A DNA stretch of 11,778 nucleotides from Candidatus Sigynarchaeum calidifontis. GTDB lineage: Archaea; Asgardarchaeota; Lokiarchaeia; Sigyniarchaeales; Sigyniarchaeaceae. Below, in pieces: positions 6,427 to 11,778 of the stretch. Location: assembly GCA_030587475.2 (NCBI GenBank), contig JAUQYZ020000225.1, forward strand, positions 1 to 11,778. Reading direction: 5' to 3'. The notes below the pieces were generated by a model that had not been told where the DNA came from, searched no databases, and was given only the letters and a program-made list of their open reading frames with translations. The translations under genes and the position numbers were made by a program. The stretch's first letter is position 1; every line of letters begins with the position of its first letter.

Positions 6427-7644
6427 ATGACGGAATTGTCGCCGCGAGAAGAAAAATCACCAGCATCCACGAGGTTCGCCGCTAACCTGTGGCCGATATA
6501 CGTGTTCCAGTTCTGCTTGAACATGCACTTCATCGGCGGGGTACTCGTCCCGTTCTTCACGCAATGGGGAGGCATCTCGCTCCTGCAAGTCATGTTGCTG
6601 CAGTCGTGGTTCATGGCGTGGATATTCGTGTTAGAGGTTCCCACGGGAAGCATCGCGGACAAGTACGGTCAAAAAAAAAGCGTCATGCTCGGCACGATAG
6701 CCTTGCTAGCCGCGGTCATCGTCTACACGTCCATCCCGAACATCGCGGTGTTCGCTGTTGGCGAGTTTCTCTGGGCGCTCTCGGGCGCCTTGATCTCGGG
6801 GGCGGAGAACGCGCTCGTGTACGACACGCTCAAGGCGGCGGGCCGCGAAGTCGAGTCGAAGCGGGTCTTCGGCAGGATCGGCATCGCCTCCCAGCTCGCG
6901 CTCCTGGTCGCAGCACCCGTCGGGAGCTTTATTGCCATATCCCTGGGCTTGCGGGAGACCATGCTCTTCATGGCTTTTCCGACCGTGGTCGCATTGCTCG
7001 CGATGCTCGCGGTCAAGGAACCCGCGGACGGTCGCAATGGCAATCGCTCGGATTACCGCGCGATCCTGTTCAACGGGGTCAAGAATTTCGCGCGCAGCAA
7101 GCCTTTGAAGCGTCTCGCGGCGAACATGATCGGCGTTGGTATTATCGGGTATGGCACGATCTGGCTCTACCAGGTCAAGCTTAAGGCCATCGGCGTGCCC
7201 ATGGAATTTTTCGGCATGATGCACGCGTCGATCGTGGCAGCAGAGATCTTGTCCATCGCCGTGTTCCGCAAGCTGGAGAAAGCGCTGAAATCGAAACGCC
7301 GGCTGCTCGTGCTCACGACGGCCGTCCTGGGCGGGAGCTACCTGGTGCTCGTATTTGCGAACGATGTCGTGCCTGTCGTCATCGCCATCTTGCTCGCGGG
7401 CGGGTTCGGGCTGTCGAGATTCACGCTGTTCAACAGCTATTTCAACAAGCACATCCCGTCCGAGGAGCGGGCAACGACATTATCGGCGATCTCGATGTTC
7501 CGCACGCTCGCGCAAGCGGCATTCAACCCGCTGCTGGGCGCCTTCACGGACTGGTCATTGCCATGCACGTTCGCGATCCTGGGTGCTGCCGCGCTGGTCC
7601 TCGCTGCGTTTCCCGTCGTGAAGGACGATGACTTGATTGATTAA
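6427..7644 (+). CDS. Major facilitator superfamily transporter
   Basis: 405 aa with about 12 TM segments; motif A-like EVPTGSIADKYGQKKS, SGAENALVYD, IPSEERAT. Confidence 0.95.
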   Translation: MTELSPREEKSPASTRFAANLWPIYVFQFCLNMHFIGGVLVPFFTQWGGISLLQVMLLQSWFMAWIFVLEVPTGSIADKYGQKKSVMLGTIALLAAVIVYTSIPNIAVFAVGEFLWALSGALISGAENALVYDTLKAAGREVESKRVFGRIGIASQLALLVAAPVGSFIAISLGLRETMLFMAFPTVVALLAMLAVKEPADGRNGNRSDYRAILFNGVKNFARSKPLKRLAANMIGVGIIGYGTIWLYQVKLKAIGVPMEFFGMMHASIVAAEILSIAVFRKLEKALKSKRRLLVLTTAVLGGSYLVLVFANDVVPVVIAILLAGGFGLSRFTLFNSYFNKHIPSEERATTLSAISMFRTLAQAAFNPLLGAFTDWSLPCTFAILGAAALVLAAFPVVKDDDLID

Positions 7645-7645
7645 C

Positions 7646-7670
7646 GTTTTTTTTTCCCCGTTTTTTCCCC
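7646..7670 (+). terminator. Tandem oligo-T tracts (G-T9-C4, G-T6-C4), probable terminator
   Basis: GTTTTTTTTTCCCCGTTTTTTCCCC immediately after the MFS stop codon. Confidence 0.55.
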
Positions 7671-7675
7671 ATCTT

Positions 7676-8182
7676 ATGACCAAATACCTCGTCGTCTACT
7701 ACTCGCGATCTGGCGCCACGAAGGCCGCTGCTGAGGCCATCGCGTCGCGCCTGGGTAGCTGCGATATCGACGAGATCAAGGCGAAGAAATACGACGCGGG
7801 CATCATGGGCATCATCACCGCCGGCATCGATACCCTCATGAGGACAAAAGCCGAGATCGAGTCGACCAAGGATCCATCCGCGTATGACCACGTGATCGTG
7901 GGCACGCCCGTCTGGGGATTCACCGCATCGAACCCCGTCATCAGCTATCTCGAAAACAACAAGGGGAAGTTCAAGGCGGTCTCGTTCTTCAGCTGCAGCT
8001 TGATGTTCGGCGGAGTCTACGCGTTCGAGGCCATGGAAAAGGCGAGTGGCATGGTTCCCGTTGCCAAGCTCGACCTTGGCGACACGGAAGTGCGCCAGGC
8101 GGGCCCGTCGCTCGAGCGCCACATCGGCCAGTTCTTGATGCAGCTTCGCTCGCGGCCCAACGTTTCCGCGCCCTCGCGTTAG
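7676..8182 (+). CDS. Flavodoxin-like FMN-binding protein
   Basis: FMN phosphate-binding loop LVVYYSRSGATKAAAEAIA and YDHVIVGTPVW; start ATG 7676; 168 aa. Confidence 0.9.
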   Translation: MTKYLVVYYSRSGATKAAAEAIASRLGSCDIDEIKAKKYDAGIMGIITAGIDTLMRTKAEIESTKDPSAYDHVIVGTPVWGFTASNPVISYLENNKGKFKAVSFFSCSLMFGGVYAFEAMEKASGMVPVAKLDLGDTEVRQAGPSLERHIGQFLMQLRSRPNVSAPSR

Positions 8183-8284
8183 CTCCCCTTCTCCGTTCAC
8201 CCGCCACGGCCTTAACATCGGCAAGCTCCCCAGGCCATCACGGTCGCGCAACGTTTTAGGCCAGGACCGGCTCCAATACTCCTC

Positions 8285-9124
8285 ATGGACGACATCTTGT
8301 TGCTCTCGCGCGACACGCTGCGGGAGGAGCGAGACGAGCTGTTGAAGCGCGGGGTGGCGGTGGCATATCGCACGTGGGCGGAAGTTACTGCCCCGCCCGT
8401 GGATCCCCCGGCGGTGGCGCGCTGGATGCTGTTCGTCCAGGACATGACCTTCCAGCTGTCATACATGGAGGAACTCGAACGCAGCGGCACGCGCGTGATC
8501 AACACCTCACGATCGGTGCAGATGTGCGACAAAGCATCGATCTATTTTCTCTGGAACCGGCACTTGAAGGAACGCATCGACATACCGCCCACGATCATGA
8601 CCGCCGACGTGAAGCGAGCGTGGGAATTCGTCACGACGCACGGCCAAGCCGTGCTCAAGCCGATCGATGGTCAAGGCGGGGAAGGGACATATATCCTCGA
8701 TGCGAGGGATGTGCACGGCTTCTCTAAACTCAATGATCACCCGGGCACGATGTTCTTGCAGGCAATGATCCCGTCCACCCACGAGATCCGCACGGTCGTT
8801 GCAGGGGAAGAAGTCATCGCTCAATACGCGCGCTACAACCCGGGCGGGCTCCACTCGCTCGGTGCGGGTGCCACCTTGCTCCCGGTCGACGATGGCAGGA
8901 TTGATCTTCCCCCCGACATCGCCCGCGATCTCGGGGAACTCGCCCTTGCCACGCGGAAATTGACCGGCCTCGATCTGCTCGCGCTCGACACCTTGATCGA
9001 TGCCAGGCAGCAGCCGTGGTTGCTGGAATGGAACCCGTTTTTCGCGTACGGACAGACGAAAGGGCTTGGGTTCAACATTGCATACCGCATCGCGTGTTTC
9101 ATCTTATCGACTCGCAGTAGGTAG
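8285..9124 (+). CDS. RimK/LysX-like ATP-grasp ligase
   Basis: RVIN..CDK, IPPT, VLKPIDGQGGEG, FLQAMI, EIRTVV, LLALD, LLEWN (ExN metal-binding motif). Confidence 0.88.
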   Translation: MDDILLLSRDTLREERDELLKRGVAVAYRTWAEVTAPPVDPPAVARWMLFVQDMTFQLSYMEELERSGTRVINTSRSVQMCDKASIYFLWNRHLKERIDIPPTIMTADVKRAWEFVTTHGQAVLKPIDGQGGEGTYILDARDVHGFSKLNDHPGTMFLQAMIPSTHEIRTVVAGEEVIAQYARYNPGGLHSLGAGATLLPVDDGRIDLPPDIARDLGELALATRKLTGLDLLALDTLIDARQQPWLLEWNPFFAYGQTKGLGFNIAYRIACFILSTRSR

Positions 9125-9192
9125 AAATAGCAGAAACACTATTTTTCAAATAGGAATTGCTGCGCTCTCGACGAAAGAAGGATGACTCCCCA

Positions 9193-10008
9193 ATGAGCGA
9201 TAAGAGCTTGGAAGGATTCCTCAAGAAGCTGGAGGCTGAGAAGAAGGAAGCGGACAGCAAGGACGAGGACAAGTTGAGTGTCTTGCAAGGGGTAGTGGAG
9301 AAGATCCTCAACTACGTGTTGACCGCCGTTGAAACCACCGGTAACCGTTTAATGAACCTGGAATCAGGGATCAACAACATCCAAGCATACCTCACGCAAC
9401 AGCTGAATGACCTCACGGGCCGACTTCGACAACTACCCGGCTTGCAAGGCTTGAAGGATGTTCAAGTGCCGGTCCTCGATGCACCCCCCAACCCGACGAC
9501 GATGGCCAATGCGTACTTCCAAAGCCTCGCCCAGTTCATCGCGCAGAAGGCATCCGAGTTGCAAGCGATGCGATCGAACCAGGCCGAAGTGAAGGCAGCC
9601 GTGCCCGATAGCAAGATCGATTCAGGGCCCGACGAGTTTTCTGGCGGGTTAAACGAGGAGTTCCTCCAGAAGAAAAAGGAGCTAGAGGCCAGGGAAAAGT
9701 ATCTCTCGAAATTAGCAGACCAGCTCGCAGCCAAGGAGCAAGCCTTGCAAGAGCGCGAGAACACGATCGAGATCCTCGAGTCGGGCCTTCAAGACAAGCT
9801 CAAGATGTCGGCAGCCATCCAGATGGTCCAGGAAGACACGAAGGCCGGGAAAGAAGGGGAAGGAAGCGACGAGCTCGCGGAGCTCTCGAAGCTATCCGAG
9901 TCTATAATACACGGCGATTCGACAAGCGAAGAAGACGAGAATGACGAGGATGGTATCGATCCGGATGCCTTGAATGATCTCGTGGAAGAGGACAAGGACG
10001 AAGGATGA
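9193..10008 (+). CDS. Hypothetical coiled-coil protein A with acidic C-terminal tail
   Basis: 271-aa ORF with protein-like composition and heptad patterns; AT-rich promoter-like region at about 9139-9152 and AGGATGA upstream of the ATG. Confidence 0.8.
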   Translation: MSDKSLEGFLKKLEAEKKEADSKDEDKLSVLQGVVEKILNYVLTAVETTGNRLMNLESGINNIQAYLTQQLNDLTGRLRQLPGLQGLKDVQVPVLDAPPNPTTMANAYFQSLAQFIAQKASELQAMRSNQAEVKAAVPDSKIDSGPDEFSGGLNEEFLQKKKELEAREKYLSKLADQLAAKEQALQERENTIEILESGLQDKLKMSAAIQMVQEDTKAGKEGEGSDELAELSKLSESIIHGDSTSEEDENDEDGIDPDALNDLVEEDKDEG

Positions 10009-10024
10009 AAAAAGGTGCGTGAGC

Positions 10025-11071
10025 TTGGCAAAAAAAAATAGCCTTGCCGAACTGCTCGGGGGATTCAGGGCCGGGACGAGGAACGAGCGGCGCGAGGCGA
10101 CGGAACAGGGCGATGCGGGCGATGCCGTCACGCCCGAGATCCCGCGTGCCAAGAAGGCACCAGGTATCCTCGACCCCATCATGGCCCTGCTCACGCCGGA
10201 GGAGAAATTCCAGTTCTTGTCGGGGCTCATGGACTTCATAGGCGATTTCATCGTCAACATGCTCGACCAGTACACGTTCGAGCTGGGCAAGGTGGAAAGC
10301 TCGATCTCCAACTTGCAGAGCACCGTGCTCAACCAGGTGCGCACGATCCGGAACCAGGTCGACATCGCCCGCCAACAAGGTCACTTCAAGGCGTTGGAGG
10401 GGCCACCCGTGCCGCCGGGCCTTGCAGGCACGCTGCAAGGCAACATGATCGCCGCTGCCGCCGCGGCCGTCGGCTCGAGCGATGAGCCGAGGAAGAGGCG
10501 GGAGGCCACGGAGCGGGATGTCATGGACATCGCGGCGAGCATCCGCACGCTGATCACGCGGCAGAAGATGGCAAAGCCCGCGGCAACCCAGCCTGCCACC
10601 GATGAGGCTGCCATCAAGGCCGAGACCGCCCAGGAGACCACGGGAAAGGCATCGCTCGACACGAAGCTCCAGCAGTTCCAGAAATCCGCGGACGAGCAGA
10701 AGCAGCGCATCGACCGCATCGCGAGCACGGCGAAACCAACGACGGCACGGGCGACTCAAGCTCTCACGCAGCAGCCCGAAAAAACCCCGGTACAAGCGAA
10801 GCAAGAGAAACCAGCGAAGCCGGCGAAATCCGCATCGCGCAAGAAGCAAGGAACACCAGCGGCGGCAGCCGCCGCAAAACCGGGGCCCCGACCTCAAGCC
10901 CAACCCCAGGCGAAACCGGCGATGGCAGGCACCCCCAAGCCTGCCGTTGCCCCCAAGCTCGACAAGGAAAAGGACATGCTACCCAAGGGCTTCCAGCAAG
11001 AACTAATGAAAAACATCAAGGACTTGATGAAAGAAAAGGGGAAGGATATGAAGAAACCCGACGCGAAATGA
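10025..11071 (+). CDS. Hypothetical coiled-coil protein B with Pro/Ala/Lys-rich linker and C-terminal amphipathic helix; probable paralog of protein A
   Basis: Starts 16 nt after the protein A stop. SD AGGTG at 10013-10017 favours TTG 10025 (GTG 10019 is an alternative). Shares a gapless helical block with protein A. Confidence 0.8.
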   Translation: MAKKNSLAELLGGFRAGTRNERREATEQGDAGDAVTPEIPRAKKAPGILDPIMALLTPEEKFQFLSGLMDFIGDFIVNMLDQYTFELGKVESSISNLQSTVLNQVRTIRNQVDIARQQGHFKALEGPPVPPGLAGTLQGNMIAAAAAAVGSSDEPRKRREATERDVMDIAASIRTLITRQKMAKPAATQPATDEAAIKAETAQETTGKASLDTKLQQFQKSADEQKQRIDRIASTAKPTTARATQALTQQPEKTPVQAKQEKPAKPAKSASRKKQGTPAAAAAAKPGPRPQAQPQAKPAMAGTPKPAVAPKLDKEKDMLPKGFQQELMKNIKDLMKEKGKDMKKPDAK

Positions 11072-11083
11072 CGGTTTCCAGGC

Positions 11084-11778
11084 TCATTTTTTCCCGGCTA
11101 CCTGCACGAGCACGTCCGGGTAGTTGGAATACAGCGCGTCCGGGCCCCAGCTCGCCGCCTCGCGCATGGCCTTCTCGTCGTTCACGTCCCAGATGAACGA
11201 TTTCAAGCCCTTTGCATGTATTGCATCCACGATGGCCTTGCTTGCTTCGCCGACGGGCACGTTCACGACCTTGATGATGGCCGGATCCACCTTGTCGAGG
11301 TCTTCGATCACGCCCGCGCTTGTAGCATGCGTCGATAGCACGTACGTGAGGTCGGGAAACTGGCGCTGTACCTTCTTGATGAAGAGGCGCGATTCCATGC
11401 ACGTGAATACGCGTGCCGTGACACCATGCTTGGCGAGCACGGCGTGGTAGGCTTCCGCGTCCCGCACGTCCTTGAGATCGATCGAGTAGAATAATTTCCC
11501 GTCGCGAAGCTTTTCCATGGTCGAGAACACCTCGTCGAGCGTCGGGACACGCTGCTGTTTCGGCAGCTCGATTTTCTTGATCTCGGCAAGCGGTAGCTTC
11601 GTGATGCGGTACAAGTGGCCATCGATGTCGAGGGAATCCACGTGCGAGACGACGACGTGGCCATCCTCGGACGTGTAGACGTCCAACTCGATCCCGTCGA
11701 CGCCCATGCCCACCGCCGTGGTGAAGCTGGCCAGCGTGTTCTCGGGCTCGTAGGCCATCGCGCCCCTATGACCGAACA
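11084..11778 (-). CDS. Glycerophosphodiester phosphodiesterase (GDPD family), 5' end outside the window
   Basis: The reverse strand at the window edge reads FGHRGAMAYEPENTL, followed by GIELDV, RVPTLDEV, IWDVND, LYSNYPD. Confidence 0.94.
   Translation of the reverse strand, partial: FGHRGAMAYEPENTLASFTTAVGMGVDGIELDVYTSEDGHVVVSHVDSLDIDGHLYRITKLPLAEIKKIELPKQQRVPTLDEVFSTMEKLRDGKLFYSIDLKDVRDAEAYHAVLAKHGVTARVFTCMESRLFIKKVQRQFPDLTYVLSTHATSAGVIEDLDKVDPAIIKVVNVPVGEASKAIVDAIHAKGLKSFIWDVNDEKAMREAASWGPDALYSNYPDVLVQVAGKK

Noticed and set aside
9902-10903. 333-aa minus-strand ORF, and similar antisense ORFs at 795-1556, 4103-4795, 6706-7452 and 7544-8251
   Set aside because: Antisense shadows of better-supported genes; no motifs, and expected at this GC content.
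9193-11071. Coiled-coil pair as ESCRT-III/CdvB, SMC or SNARE proteins
   Set aside because: No Snf7 core pattern, Walker motifs, adjacent Vps4 or C-terminal TM anchor was recognised.
1-11778. tRNA, rRNA, CRISPR array or IS element
   Set aside because: No cloverleaf or T-loop signature, no regularly spaced repeats, and no transposase or terminal inverted repeats were found by eye.

Overview
GC-rich archaeal chromosomal window. Archaeal evidence: TATA-like boxes, GGTGA-type Shine-Dalgarno (SD) sites, oligo-T terminators, a Nip7 gene and a long-type FKBP. Eukaryote-like Nop2 motifs suggest an Asgard/Lokiarchaeia-type genome, but that is inference only. Thirteen probable CDSs in order: two-TM hypothetical protein, orphan hypC, HD phosphohydrolase, CYTH/CyaB, Nop2/RsmB m5C methyltransferase coupled to Nip7, long-type FKBP with an altered active site, CPBP-like membrane protein lacking catalytic residues, MFS transporter, flavodoxin-like protein, RimK-like ATP-grasp ligase, two tandem coiled-coil proteins, and a 5'-truncated glycerophosphodiester phosphodiesterase. 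No rRNA, tRNA, CRISPR or mobile element was seen. The best candidate for a novel system is the gene pair at 9193-11071. The two proteins share a gapless ~55-aa helical domain that resembles, from recalled sequences, the coiled-coil helices of eukaryotic WAVE/WASH complex subunits (BRK1, CCDC53, WAVE), followed by Pro-containing, WH2/FAB-like and acidic segments. Second is a putative structured RNA leader upstream of the MFS gene.
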